A stretch of DNA of 64,000 nt from the NCBI GenBank assembly GCA_043228905.1, contig JBHGNT010000020.1, forward strand, positions 9,982,001 to 10,046,000, given 5' to 3'. Of this stretch, positions 50,096 to 64,000 are shown piece by piece; the stretch's first letter is position 1, and each line of letters begins with the position of its first letter. The notes under the pieces were generated by a model that made no database searches, was not told where the DNA came from, and saw only the letters and a list, made by a program, of their open reading frames with translations. The stretch is from Azolla caroliniana (taxonomy: Eukaryota; Plantae; Polypodiophyta). Position numbers and translations under genes: made by a program.

Positions 50096-53000
50096 TTACA
50101 GAGTTAGTAATTCTTTTGATGTGTGATTCATTTGCAGTTGAGCAACTCTATCTGTCAACCTACTGCATCTGCATAAATAAGTTGTTAGGCTGTCGAGCAA
50201 AATACCATGAATAAAACAAATAGATATATGAAAGCCAAATGTAAATCTATATGAAAATCAATGCAGAGAAGCATATCCCAGAAAAGTGAATAATTATAAA
50301 TGAGGATACTTCAAGAAAGCAACTAACAAGAAATATAATAAACTTATGTCAGCTAGAGATCAAGAGAACAGACGACATGAAATAAGCAATGACGGACATC
50401 ACAAAATCTACAAGATTCACATACTGAGAAAATACTCACCCATTTTCGGCGCCCTCTTTGTTCAAGCTAGCAAACTCTTCAAGCATATTAAACAGCCTAA
50501 AGGCACAAAAATCAATTCAATTAAAATGTAACATGGATGTTAAATGCCGTGATATGTGTACAAATTGCAAAACTTCAAGATACATAAATTAGAAATCCAA
50601 CAACATACAACGATACAGCTATAACTATGCAGCTATGTTGAGTATATTCAAAGGTCTGTTCCTCAATATTGAAATTCAATATAATATGCTCAATCAAGTT
50701 AATAATAAACAGATTAAAGACTCACTTTGAAATGGCAGGGTTACGCAATAAAATACATTCTTCAAGTAGTCGTACACATATAATTGGGTCTACGGCAATT
50801 GATGACCAATTCTGTGGCGGTTCCAAAAGACTAATAAGGTCATCCAAATATGTTCCAATGAAATCACACTTCCTTTGAAAGCTGAGGCACTTACACAGCC
50901 TTTCCAAGGCAAAATTAATCCTCTAATGACATAGATTGACAATTACAAAGTATTAGAATATGCTTGTTTCTGAATCTCCAAAACATTAGGTACACATAAA
51001 CTGAAACCAGGAACGAATGAGCTTTCATGCTTCTATGTTATCAAGACTTCATGATGACAAACCTCTTGGCATGACTTCTTCCTGATTTCCCCGATAGCAT
51101 ACACATTCAATAAAATCCACAACATTGTAACAACTTCACTTCTGCAGGTTTCATTGAATGCAGCAACAATGACTTCCAAGATTGAGAGTATGTTTAAATG
51201 TACTTCCCTGTAAAATTTAAATATTCAATCAATCTCAGTCTCACTCTATTTATTTTTTATAAAACAGAAAAAAAGTCATACATACACGTGCCAGGTGACA
51301 TTGATGTGCCTTACTCTATGGTATGCCAAAACAAAATTTTAGATTGCACGGCCGTATGATTTCAAAGAATCTACGTATGAAGCCCTTGTGGGAAGTGAAA
51401 AATGATTAACTCTCAGATCCTATGTCGAAAAGATACCCAGTCATATATCCCATCCAAATCATAAAGCATCCAGCATCACTATCCAAAACACTGACAGACA
51501 CGTATCTCTTTCTTCCTGACAATAATATGTCAGGAAGGATAACCAATAAGAATGCGCACCTGTCAGCCATAATGCTAATGTTGTATAACCCATCAAAGTA
51601 ACGGAATTCACCAAAATGTCTATCATCAGGTGTGGGTCTTCATACGCTACAGAGAACTCTACCCTTACAGATGATGATAAGACCTGATATAACTATAATA
51701 AAAAAGAAAAAGGTCGTACTGTTAATGGTACAGGCCAATCTTAAGGAAATACAAACTAGTCTTTGTTATTGATGGTGTGTGCTAGTGAAGATTATGATCT
51801 CAGTAGTCCATTTTATGCAGTATGAGAGATGCTCCATTCACGCTTCCTATACAGATGCGACAGGGCATATTTCCATGTAATAACTAGATTCAAACAACAC
51901 ACGTTTTCAGAAAAGGTGTTTTCAGGATTCTGTTTGTATATATCCTCTCTAGTCATGAGTTCAATTTTATATCAGAGCTTATTCATTCATATACTCTAAC
52001 TTTGCTGAATATATCAATAAAAAAAACATCTTCAATTTGTCAGATCGTGTATTACTGCTGCAAGCTTGTCATCAGGTTTTGATGTGTAAGCATAGAACAA
52101 ATCTCGGGAATGTGGCATGTAAGCAGAACAGGAGGGCTTCCCATCATCATCCAAGACAACACTTTCAATATTTTTCCTGTCTCCAGCATAGATGCATCTG
52201 TATTGTATTCGCCAGTAATATGCGGTATCAGAATCTCCAAATACGATGACGGATCAATGAAACACCCCAAAGCTCGTGCACATTCTTCGATCTGTATGAA
52301 TTTAGAAATGACGCATTAATTGACAACGGGTGTTCTGGGAGACTGAATATCATTGAAAACAGTTTAAGATGCTCAACTTTTTCTCAATAAGAGCATTGGA
52401 GCATGCTTTGATCATTGTGATAATCATGGCTTGAAGATGCATGGTTGCATCGTCTTCCACAAACACAATAAGAATATAAAGCAATTCTGCTGCTAGAATC
52501 TTAGGTTCATCTTGCCATGCTTGAAGATCGGCACTCAATGCATGAAATAAAATGCCAAATGAGCTTCTCACCATTATCCTTGCACCTAGACAAGGTCTCT
52601 CTGTCATTCAACAAAGATACATCACTATGTCATTTTACAAATAGAATTTCCGAATATAAACGTAAAAGGATTAAAATCCCATTCTCCTGCATTCTTGCAT
52701 TATATAGCATTCACGTGTCCTTTACAACATTGCATTTCAACCATAGTCATATCCTGGGTCTCTCTCTTTTCACCATTTCTTCCATTTTTCTTGAAATTTT
52801 GCTCAGTGAAGCTTTTATCTTTTAACTTATTCCTCCCTATCTACTACAATTATTTCAACCTCTTTCTCATCCTTGTAATAGATATAATCATAAATCTTTA
52901 CCCTCTTCTTTCTTTCTTAATTTGTATCTCTCCCCTCCCCCCCAGAAAAAGGATGTTTCTGCCATAGTAAGCCACATTTCAGATTCACTATTGAGCATTT

Positions 53001-56000
53001 TTGCTAGTTAAATATTCTATATTTTAAGGGAATGCTTCCTTTATTTTGCTTAATACAAAAGTTCGCCCAACAAACTTCAAGTCTGATAATGAAATTTATA
53101 TTAATGGAGAAGTTAATAGTATGCAATCATACGTTTCAGGAAAGGTGATATATCAGTATATTTTTTACTAGATTCAATGTCCTCTGGTAAATATTGTTTC
53201 TTATCTCTAACTTCATCTTCATTCTCTTTCTCATACCTGTATATTTTCCCAATCAATTAAGCATTTAAGAGTCACAATGAGAAAACCCATGCAACTACAC
53301 AAATATATTTTATCTTACTGTTGTCCTATGCATTCCATAAGATCAAACGCCAAGTCTTGAATCTCTTTATTCTCATCTCTGAAGCCATTTAATACATATC
53401 TGCTCATATGAGTAAATTGAAAGCCACATTTAGGTGACTCTTTTTGAATTATATATATCAATTTTTTTCATCTTTGTTTTGCAGTTTAACGCTTTTCATC
53501 TTTGTTTGTGTTTTGCAGTTCAACACTTACGGTAAGAGACGAACTTCATGTTCTCTCCTTTCTGGTAACTCAAGTAACCAACATGCCACAGTTCTCAAAA
53601 GAGCCTCCCTTACCATCAGAGACCTATCAGAGGCAAGTAGAGCTAAATATTGTGTCTGTACACAAACAAAACAAATATGAGATAAGCACTGGGTCATGTC
53701 TAAGATTCTAGTGGCTAAAAGTGTTTATATTTTATGTGTGTATGTGTGTTTCTAATAAGATCAAAATACCTTTATGCTTGGATGATAAAAGTCTCTTATA
53801 GGAATAATATTTGGATCCCGATATGCCGTGAGATCATAAATGCAGGAATGGGCACCACACGGGACTATCCTGCTCACATTACATGCTATATTGAGACTTC
53901 CAATGGAAGAAAACACCTCAGACTTCATAGTAAAAATGTTTACTTTTCTATAGCTTGAAGAGCAGCAACTCGAACACGACATCGTTTATGATGGAGGGCA
54001 TGAAGTGTTGCAGAGATAAGACTCTTGGAGATGCTTTTCAGGTTATCTCCAATAAGTTCTGCAAAGAATCTTAGTGTTGAAAACACTTCCTGTAGAAGCA
54101 TAAAGAAGTCACCACATCATGTAAATGCATGAAAACATTATTTGTCTAATCGCAAAAAAAAAAAAAAACAATTAAAAAAACAACTTTTATCCAACAAGGC
54201 AAACCCTCAACAAAAAGCAAGCTTATTAAAACCAACACAATGAGTTTGTAATCATAAATAAAACATTATATTCACGAGTTTAAAATGATTCAAATATATT
54301 GATACCACAAGAACACAGGGATCCTTATCACTCGCTGCAGACATTAGAATCGACGCAATATCTGATGCAAATGGAACAATCAACCTCCTTCCTTGTTTGA
54401 GCAGTTGGTGAACAAGCTGCACTAATAGAAGTCTAACCTCTTCACTCTGTTCTAAAGTTATTGCTTTATATTGGACCTATTACCAATTAGAGCATAGTTA
54501 GATTATTGGGTGGGAAACTATAGAATACCCCTGAGTTTCTCTTTATTTCCGCAAATGTCTCTGCGCTTTTGTTATATTCCAAAATGCCGTGCAGTCAATC
54601 CCCAGAGAGGAATTTATGTGTTATTTGAGTAAATATTATATGGTTAATTACAGTTCTTGTTTCTCAATTATATTTTCTATTTTAAACAGTTACCTAGTCA
54701 TTTCATCCTCCATTTCTTTCTCTTCTCAGGGTTGACAAAAAGCATTTGGGAAATAACACAAAACTAACGTGCATTTGGGAAAAAATGAGAGACTTGGGGG
54801 TATTTGGAGTTATTCCTGCCATTATATGTACAGATTTTAAATAGCTTGGATGTAAAACTCAGGTGCATTTCAGGAATAATGAGAAATTTGTGGGTATATT
54901 GGAGTTATTCCTGATATCATATGCAGAGATTTTAAAAAGCTTGGATATTTTCTTTTCTAAACGCTGTATCTGTGCCCAAAACAATATTGGCATGACCACA
55001 ATACATTAAAAGCTACCCAAATTTCCTCTAATTATGAAACTCAAGTCACCAGGTACCTCTTCAACATTCAGATTTGTTGAGTTTTGTTGAATTCTTTCTA
55101 GCGGAAAGCGTTCTGATATAACTGGAAGAATGTAAGGAAGTAAAGGAGCTATAGACCGAGGACTGAGATTCAAGATGCTGTAACAAAGGTTCAAACAAAA
55201 GACTTTACCATGTTCAGGAAGATTATCATTGTAATTACCCAGCTCATATTGCCACACAGAAACATTTAAAATTTTCATATTTCCTGCAAAGAGAGTATAT
55301 TGTCTACAAAAAGAATTATCCTGCATTCTATTATTCTGTAATATGCGCATCCATTACTTACAATTCTCATGTGTTAACCCTATTTTTAAACATCACATCA
55401 TTTTTTTAGAAACTTGAAAGACTATTCCATGCCAACAGATTATACTCTATACTTTTTAAATAATGACTAAATGCAACAAAAAAGAAGGATTTGAAAACAG
55501 TACAAAAAGGACTTCTGCAAATGGTACAAGAATGTATGGAAATGAAGACAAATTTAAGGAGGATGTAAATGGTACAAATAGTGAAAGGTATGATAATGTG
55601 CACACAAAGGTAAATGGTACAAGAAAACGTATGGAAAAGATAACAAAACAGAAGTATGCAGATGCAACTCGAAAATTAGTAGGAGTAAATGATACGTAAT
55701 AAAAGAGTATGTACATATATGGTTTTCGAAACAAGAGTATGCAGAAAATGGTGGAAGAAAACAGAGTGCAGAAATGGTGGGAAAACACAGGGAGAGCGCA
55801 TAGAAATGCATGAAGGTAAAAAGCAAGCAGAACCAAACGGAATGTACATACTCTGAGAATATACGAATGGAGAGGCAACGACATTTCTCAGATTGATCAG
55901 CAAAGCGTCTAAGCAGAGGCTTAGCCACGACTTCTTCTACCACGCGAGGGAAACCGTCGGGCTCATTCCCGGCTCCGTCTGTTCTGGAACATGAGAGAAG

Positions 56001-56150
56001 CCATGCCTGTGTGTTCTGAAGGGCCTCGAAACGCTTGGATACCAGAGGATCGACAAGGGCATTGATGATCTTGGAAATCTCGGAGTTCATGAGACCAGCT
56101 CCTCCTCCTCCTCCTTCTGATTCTTCTTCTGATTCTGCTGCTGCTGCCAT
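50096..56150 (-). CDS. DNAAF5: HEAT-repeat dynein axonemal assembly factor 5-like (HEATR2), multi-exon; likely ATG at 56150, stop at 50096-50098
   Basis: Exon peptides KPLLRRFADQSEKCR, EQSEEVRLLLVQL, HKRCRVRVAALQAI, RDPNIIPIRDFY, VREALLRTVACWLLELPERREHEVRLLPYVL and ERPCLGARIMVR match the DNAAF5 pattern as I recall it. The 3' exon boundaries are less certain. Confidence 0.78.
54512..54816. mobile_element. Mutator-like MITE in a DNAAF5 intron
   Basis: Long imperfect inverted ends GGGAAACTATAGAATACCCC and GGGGTATTTGGAGTTATTCC. No clear TSD. Confidence 0.4.
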
Positions 56151-56295
56151 GTCCTGTTCTGTTCTGTTCTCCTGTTCTGTTTCTTCAGTTGGGAGGGATT
56201 CTTGGACGAGTTTTAGTTTATTCTCTGCGATGCCCCCTGCGAACTTCTCTTTATTTCTTCCGATGCCCTCCACTTCATCTCTCCTCCCTTCCAAG

Positions 56296-56718
56296 TAACA
56301 CTTGGCAACGGCTCGGTTCGGCTCGGTTTGAGAGGGTCAAAACCGATCCATTTAAAAATTTCGAAACCTGAACCGAACCGAACTAAACGACGAAACCGTT
56401 AAGCCGAACCATTCCAAAATTTCCAAACCGTAAAAACCACGGTTTCATGTTTCGGTTTCGGTTTTCAACTTAGGTCAAATTTTTAAATTTTTAAATTTTG
56501 AATCTTTCATTTTTATAAATTTTTTGGTTTTTAATGATGTTCCTAAAATGCAAGAATAAGGTCTAAACATGAAAAGATTGTTTAAAAACAATTTTTAAAA
56601 ATTTTGTAAACAAAAATAAAAAACCGTGTAACTGTTTAAACCGTGGTTCCTAACTGTTCAAATCGAACCGTTAAGCCGTGGTTCGGTTCGGTTCAAACCA
56701 AACCGCCGCCGATTGTTA
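56296..56718. mobile_element. hAT-superfamily MITE just upstream of DNAAF5
   Basis: Near-perfect 8-bp TSD (C/T)TTCCAAG, TAACA...TGTTA imperfect TIRs, and AAACCG subterminal arrays. Confidence 0.75.
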
Positions 56719-59274
56719 TTTCCAAGCTCATATCCTCCACCAAAGAGAAAAGAGAAGCAACAAAAAAGAACACTTGGGAGTAAAGCAAGCCTTTAAATGG
56801 TTCCTGAATCACTAACAATGGTGTGAGGAGCGCACATGAGGAAATAAGTTAAACTAATGATATATAATAAGATTGACAGATAGGGATGATGCTCATGAAA
56901 AGAAGTTCACAAGATAAGTGAAGTTAAAGACATGTAAAATACTTTGCTCAATTGTCAAAGAAAGGTACATTATGAATAAAAGGTCAAGGGTTCAAATCAT
57001 GCGATGAACCATGAAAGGGCAGAAAGAAATCTACATAATGGAAAAGTATTGTGTCAATGTTAAAACAGAACGACACATTGTATATTTTTCTTTATTCTTT
57101 GTGTGTTTTCACCTCACTTTGAGGTTTCCCACTAGCAATAAAAGTGTTACTATATATATAAAAGTATTGCATCTCGAGTCTCGAGGTCAAGTACTACAAA
57201 AAGAACTTACTATTTTGGTAAAGCCCCTCTTGAAACATATAAAAGGAGGAGGAGGAGAGTTCTTTGTTTGGCAAGGTTGAATTTTTTATCAAGGCAAAAC
57301 CGTTACCGTTTTCTCCACGTGAGCTCAAGATTGCAAATCAGCAAGATGTTTGCATCTACAAACGATAAAACGCAACAAAGCCATCTTGTTATTCTTTGGA
57401 ACTGAAAATAAAGGATCTCCTTCTGTAACTCCATTTCATCTTCAAACATTTCTATCTTTCATTCGAGCCACTCCATGTTACATTTATAATTTGATGAAAT
57501 TTGAGCCTTCAATTGAAGGCTACATTTGAGTCAAAGGTAGCCTTCAATTAAAGGCTTCCTTTGATCGAAGGCTCCCTTCAAAGGCCTTTAGTCCTCCGTT
57601 TTCGTCTTCATCGCCCCGCCACGACGATCGTCATTCTTAATGCAGCCACTTGTCAACTACCATTGTCACTTCTCGTGTGGTCGATCGCCACCTTCTCTTG
57701 CAACCACTGCCACCCACGGGTATCGTTATTAAACGACGCACCACCACCTCCTCCTCCATTGTTGCTACTAGAGATCATTGTTGTCACTTCTCGTTGGCAT
57801 GACATCAACTAACGTCACCCAACATTGCCCTTATTACTCTCTTCTCTCTCCACCTTTTTACCCATTCCTTCTCTTTTTCTTTTTTCTTTCCCCCCTTTTT
57901 TTCTCAATTAAGCTTTAAACTCTACCCACGACTCTAGAGGGAAGGAAACTTAAATTTCCCAAATACCTCTCACATTGCCCAATATATTAAACCTTTAAAC
58001 ATTAAACCTGCCTTACTTTAGACATTATAAAGCATACACGCACACATACATTAACATATAAACATACATTTCTTTACGTATACAAATACACACAAATAAC
58101 ATATAAAAACATTCACACATACATACACATATAAACAATTACAAAAATATACCTACATTCAAACTCATGATTATACATTCACATCTACATACACTCTTAT
58201 ATACTTACATGAAAGCTTAGGTCTCAATACAAATACACCTACAATCGCACACAAACATGCATTAGTCAACAAAGTTTTCGGAATGCACTCGCATAATTAT
58301 TTCATTTAGAATTTATACACCTTCTTCCCATAATAGAATTTTCTCGTGACCTTTGTTGATATACACCCTTGTCAGATATTTGAGAAGGCAATTTGAATTT
58401 GTTGAGCTACATTGTCATCCTCGAGCGTTCATAAATTTACAACTCAAACCCAATTTCATCTTCTTTGGTTCAAGTCCCTAGTGGTCCTACATACGTTTTA
58501 CACGCATGCATGATATTTCACGAAAACATAGGAGGCTACAACAATGTAACCTGTGAGAACCGATGAATGAGCTCTATTGATTACAAGCATGCAATTGATT
58601 GCTCTTTAGATGGAATAATATTGGACAAGCTAAGTCAATAACTCTTATGATGATTAAAGTGACCATAGATGATGGGGCAGTTTTGGGCACATGTTGGCAA
58701 TCATCATATCGAGAGGGTTGGAGTCTAGGATCACCCATATCGGGAGTGAAATCATGTCTGATCATTCTTGTATGACTCTTACTTGCTTACATCCACCTCT
58801 TTATGTTAGTCTTGCATGGCAAAGTTTTAACTTTTAAAGAAGAGTTTATTTGAAACATTCCAATGCTTCAACTATATTTGAAACAACATGAAAATTTGGG
58901 AGGTTTCACACGTGATATTAAGCAATAACCATAGCTTTTAGACCCATTATTCAAGAGTACACAAAATATTTGTACAAAGAAAATGAAATTGTCATGGGTC
59001 CCAATAATGACGTATGCATGCAGGTATCAGGTAAGACATGAATGTTATGTGGCAATAATCGTAGCATTTAGATCCGTTACTTCAAGAGTGCACATAATAC
59101 TCACATAAAGAAATGCAATTATCGTAAGTTTCAATAATGATGTTTGCTTGTATGTATTGGGCAATGCCCAACTAAAGTAGCCTCTTTTAGTGAAACCATT
59201 TGTAGAAAGTAAAGTTTCAAATGAGTAGATATGTTGATGCCGTTTGGTTTAGTAGGCATTCCTTTCTATTGTAG

Positions 59275-60155
59275 TGTTATGCATACATAATGTGAGGGTG
59301 GGTAACTAATATTTTCAAAACATAAGTGAAGGGTGTGTTTACTAATATTTGAAACGGACTATGTGACTGGATAGAGGGAATGATAGGTACATCATACATG
59401 CAAGTCTACATGATTTGAAAATCAATAGATGGAGATTCGTTTACAAAGGCGTGCCTATTCAAGGAGATTGGGAAGATGTATAAATGTGAGGCGTAACGGC
59501 CCTCACAAACAATGAACTAGTCATCCTAATATGTATTCGTTGGTAAGAGTCATCAATGGTCGTTTGCTTATGTCTCGATAGTATATTGGGGGTGGTCGGG
59601 AGGTTTGGGTTCCTCTATCCAATCTATTTACCTTTTTTTACTTCAATTGCACTATTGTTTAATAAGAGGTTCCTAACATGCAAAGTCAAAATGTAGTGGT
59701 TTTGTGATTTCCCATGCCCTTGCAAACAATGTACTAGTCATCCTAATATGTATTCGTCAGCACGGGTCATCGGTGGTAGATTGCTTAAGTCTTGATCGTA
59801 TATCGGGGGTGGTCGGGAGGTTTGGGTTCCTCCATCAAATCTATTTACCTTTTTTTACTTCAATTCGCACTATTGTTTAGTAAGAGGTTCCTAACAAGTA
59901 AAGTCACAATGTAGTGGTTTTGTGATTTCCCACACCCTCCCAAACAATGTACTAGTCATCCTAATATGTATTCATCGATATGGGTCATCGATGGTAGATT
60001 GCTTATGCCATGATTATATATCGGGGGTGGTCAGGAGGTGGTTTGGGTTCCTCTATCAAATTTATTTACTTTTTTACTTCAATTCGCACTATTGTTTACT
60101 AAGAGGTTCTTAAGCTACATGTAAAGTCACAATGTAGTGGTTTTGTGATTCCCCA
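59275..60155 (+). repeat. LTR (59275-59678, same family as 11891) followed by tandem copies of its 3' half plus flank (~217-bp unit, 3 copies in total)
   Basis: Alignable to 11891-12289 plus 18095-18165. The unit ...ACTAGTCATCCTAATATGTATTC...TGTAGTGGTTTTGTGATT starts at ~59500, 59717 and 59934. Confidence 0.75.
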
Positions 60156-63100
60156 TGTTGTCCATAGGCCAGAAATATAAATTAATTAAATGTAATACGT
60201 CAGTAGGTAAGGCGAGTAGGTAAGGTAGAGTTAGGTAAACGCTGAGTTTCGAGCCTCATAGACAACCGACCGCTCGACTCTGTATGAAGAAAAAGAAAAA
60301 GTATATAAACCGAGGTCTGCGTACCTTGGCAGGAGAGAGATATCCAGAGCCTAGGCGAGGTCGTTTCATAGTTATAAGAGCTTTGTAAGGTCACCGGTTG
60401 TGGGCCGTGTTTTTGTAATCATCGCTAACTGTTTGCAGTGATACATATCTATTAGCTCTTGTTGTTTTCATATGTGTGCCGTCGTTTCTAAGGTCTCAAC
60501 TACGTATACGACCCAGGCTCTATTCCGGGTATGCTCTCCGTTTTCTTCCCCTAATGGCACCTCTGTGCGCAAGTCTTCACGTTACACTTCCCTTGATACC
60601 GATAGCTTGTAGGCATATCGAAGGTGTTTCCAATAGAACGGTTAACACAATTTGGCACGCCCGGTTACAGCTGTGAGATCACAACGAACTACGTTGAAGA
60701 CAACCTTCAACCACCATTACGGCACCTAATCGCACCAAGCGGTCTCAACCATTTGGCCGACGCCCTGAGCCAGTCGAAGGCACTTCCGACTCGGCAGTCA
60801 TGAACCAATTTTTCCAAGAAATATCAGAGGCTCACCGGTTGCAATCCTCGCCACCTACTACTCGGTCGCGAGTTGAGTCCACACCAACCTCTCCACCAAG
60901 CCCCCCCAGAGGTCACCCACCCTGACCCTAACCCTTTTCCGGTTTTACCGGAAGACCCCGAATTAGATACCATGCCGTATCCTTACCCACGATACACCGA
61001 CAGTCCCGACGCGGAGTCGCACATCCATGCCTTCGTGTCCACCTAGCAGGCAAACCACTCAACACAACGACTCTCGCCTGCCGAAATCGAGGCCTCAAAA
61101 ATTGCCGAGTTTACGCTATCCCTCGATGGACCAACTGCGCGATGGTATTCTGGCCTCAACACAGGGGAGTTTGTCACCTTCCACGACATTCGCACGCAGT
61201 TCCTAGAACTGTTCCATCGCGAGGTGCCCAAATGAGAATTGCTCCGACAGTTCTTTTCCATGCGACAAGAACCGTACGAGACGGTCGCACATTTCACGAT
61301 CCGGTTCCGGGATCTCTACAGACAAGTGGCCGACGATGTCTCTGCACAGCACATTCCGAACGCATTCCTGTCCAGCCTACGGGAGCCTCTACGGACGACT
61401 CTCGCACTTACTAATTTTGCCAACCAAACGATCGAGCAAGTCATAGCGCGTCCTCGCCCTCGATCGGACTCAGCAAAGCACGTCTTTCTCTATGAGTTCA
61501 CTTCAAAGCGCCCTTCCCCAGGAGGACAATCGCTTCCGCCAAGCGCTTCAATGCACAGTTTGCTCGGGATTGGGCCATCTGGCCCTCGAATGTCCTCACC
61601 GACCACAGTGTTCGATCTGCTAGTCCCGATCTCACATTGTCGAGCACTGTGAATACAATATGCTCAACTGCACAACAACGGCCCCGATTCGCCAGATCGA
61701 GCCCAGGGATACATACTCTCGTCAGGATGGGTGACAATCCTACCGGAACCAGGGTAACCAACGACCCCGATCGCCGGATAGACGGCGTCGTGACGACGAT
61801 TACCGTCAGGACGACGACCGTTACCGAAACGACAACCGACGGAGATCGAATGACCGCCGTGATCGCTATCACGATGACCAGTATCGGGCAAACGACGATT
61901 ATGATCGGAATGAAGATGATCGGGAGGACCGATACGATCAGCGAAATTCCCGTAATGATCAGCGCAACTCTCACTGAGGATCGCGCAACAACAAAAGGAA
62001 TAACGACAACCGTCGTCGGGACCCCCCGCAAAATGAACCGCGCAGCTCGAACGCGCCCTGGACCAACCCACCAACACACGAGGCCGAGAATCAACCACAC
62101 CCCCCCACACACACAGATCGGGCTGGCACCAACAACTCGGCTGCCGTTACCTGCTTCAAGTGCAACCAACTCGGTCACTACGCTACGCAATGCCAAACAA
62201 TAGACCGTGGAAAGGCTCCTGCCGTGAATAGTATTATGGCCGACATGCAAAACGTCACAACACGCAGTAAAGCCCAGGCTACCCCATGGCAAGTACAAGA
62301 TGAAGTCCAGCAAGTAGCCAAAGAATGGATGGATACGGCCAACAAAAACAATGTGGTGTGCATGCAAACAGAAATGGGAGACGCGACCATTGGAGCAACA
62401 CAATCCTCGGCACCATCCACGTCGACAGAAGATGACCAGTTGTGGGACGCCCTTACCAGTTCCAGGATCTCCTTGCTTCTGCATAAACTCTTACCACTCA
62501 TGCCGTGTTTTCGGGACACCTTGGCTACACTCACGGCCAACACCCATTCCACCGCGCCACCTGTGCACCTGACCGAGCCAGGAACGGGTCTACCCCTCAT
62601 GGTTGCGCAGAATCCAGCCATAAAAATTATGATTAAAGGAAGGGACTTGCACGGGTGCATAATCGACGACGACTCTGGCGTGAATGTCATCAGCGAGGCT
62701 ACCTGTCATAAACTCGGCCTGAATCAATGGGAACCTTGCCCCTTTTGGCTTCGGATGGCCAACATACGATCGGTTCGCCCCATCAGATTAATCCGCCACC
62801 TCGACTTTACTCTAGGAGGGCACATGTTCACTATCTCGACCGTTGTATTACTACTCGAAGCAGAGGGGGCTTACCCAATGTTACTGTGCATACCATGGTT
62901 GCACACAACAAATATCAAACAACATTGGCAGCGCAACATGATCTCGTTTCGCCGAGGAAAGACCAAGGTCTGGATCATAACCGAAGAATGCGTAACCACG
63001 CCCCACAACACCTCGCCGTTATACGCGGAAGGGGTGCACATGCTCGACGAGTTAGCCAATGACAAGGTGGATGACTTCCTAGAAGACCATCCCACTGTCA

Positions 63101-64000
63101 TACCTCTCTTCGAAATCGACGCCATGACGGTCATCGACACACCTCTAGACGGGGAAGTCAAGGTGAATACACCTCCCCAGGATGAGCCCGATCCCACCAC
63201 CATCGCAGAATTACGACACACTCGGGACGCTTTTGAACGTGAACTCGCCATCTCCCAATGAGTGAAGGCATCAACGCTCGAAACACTGAACCTCGGTTCG
63301 GACGAGAACCCTTGCACCCTACAGATTGCTAATAACTTACCAGCCGGCGAACGAGCAGCCCTCATACATTTACTCACCGATTACCAATATGTATTCGCAT
63401 GGTCTTACACGGATATGAAGGGTTTGGACCCACAATACTACCAACACCAGATCCATCTTCTCCCGGACGCTCGGCCGGTTCAGCAAAGACGGTACCGGAT
63501 GAACCCCAATAATGCAGCTAAGGTCAAGGAAGAAATAGACAAGCTCCTCTGAGTCAGGTTCATACGACATGTAAAACGCGCCACATGGTTAAGCCCAATC
63601 ATAGTCGTCCCTAAGAAAAACGGGAAAATCCAAGTTTGTGTCGACTACCGCAAGCTTAATGCTGCAACGGTCACAGATGGATTCCCTCTCCTGTTCACGG
63701 ATAACGTTCTCGACACGGTGGCAGGTCACGAATGCTACAACTTTCTAGACGGGTTTAGTGGTTACAACCAAATTAGAATGCACCCAGATGATTAGGAGAA
63801 AACAACATTTGTCACGGAATGGGGTGTTTTCGTGGCAGAAGTAATGATGTTTGGTTTTAAAATGGCGCCGGCCACATTCCAGTGCATCATCACCGAAATT
63901 TTTAACGAGTATATCCCGGCGTTCATGCAAGTCTTTCTCGATGACTTCGCCGTATATGGTCAGCGACTGGAACACATGACCCAGTTACGTCTCTGTCTTG
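60156..64000 (+). mobile_element. 5' part of Athila-like Ty3 element Z: LTR 60156-60647, tRNA-Arg PBS 60653-60665, degenerate gag-protease-RT running off the window
   Basis: TG...CA LTR and PBS TGGCACGCCCGGT. Gag has three zinc-knuckle motifs and an RD-rich tract. Protease CIIDDDSGVNVI. RT motifs CVDYRKLN, FLDGFSGYNQI and VFLDDFAVYG. Several stops. Confidence 0.9.

Noticed and set aside
56151-56294. N-terminal extension of the DNAAF5 ORF in the ORF track
   Set aside because: It begins at a TTG next to the MITE. The first in-frame ATG is at 56150.
61498-62484. 328-aa minus-strand ORF
   Set aside because: It is the antisense shadow of the low-complexity RD-rich gag region of element Z, with no independent motifs.

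Overview
This is eukaryotic nuclear DNA from a seed-free land plant, probably a fern or similar. The evidence is a DNAAF5-like dynein-assembly gene, a Tcn1-like chromovirus and spliceosomal introns. There are four spliced host genes: a GH28 polygalacturonase (+, 2701-10935), cytosolic ribulose-phosphate 3-epimerase (-, 33570-37315, with a 5-nt microexon and a GC-AG intron), a hyccin/FAM126 gene (+, 46074-48509) and DNAAF5/HEATR2 (-, 50096-56150). Bases 11.9-33 kb form a nested transposon block: a self-priming chromovirus inside another Ty3 LTR, two Athila-like non-chromovirus Ty3 pieces with extra 3' ORFs, hAT MITEs and a hAT relic. A related Ty3 element starts at 60156. The most striking observation is that the two Athila-like elements have no recognisable polypurine tract at their 3' LTR. 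Instead they carry an inverted, extended tRNA-Arg primer-binding site 2 nt from the LTR, while a related copy shows the normal sense PBS after its 5' LTR. This suggests a dual-PBS LTR retrotransposon. All calls come from reading the sequence by eye; no searches were run.
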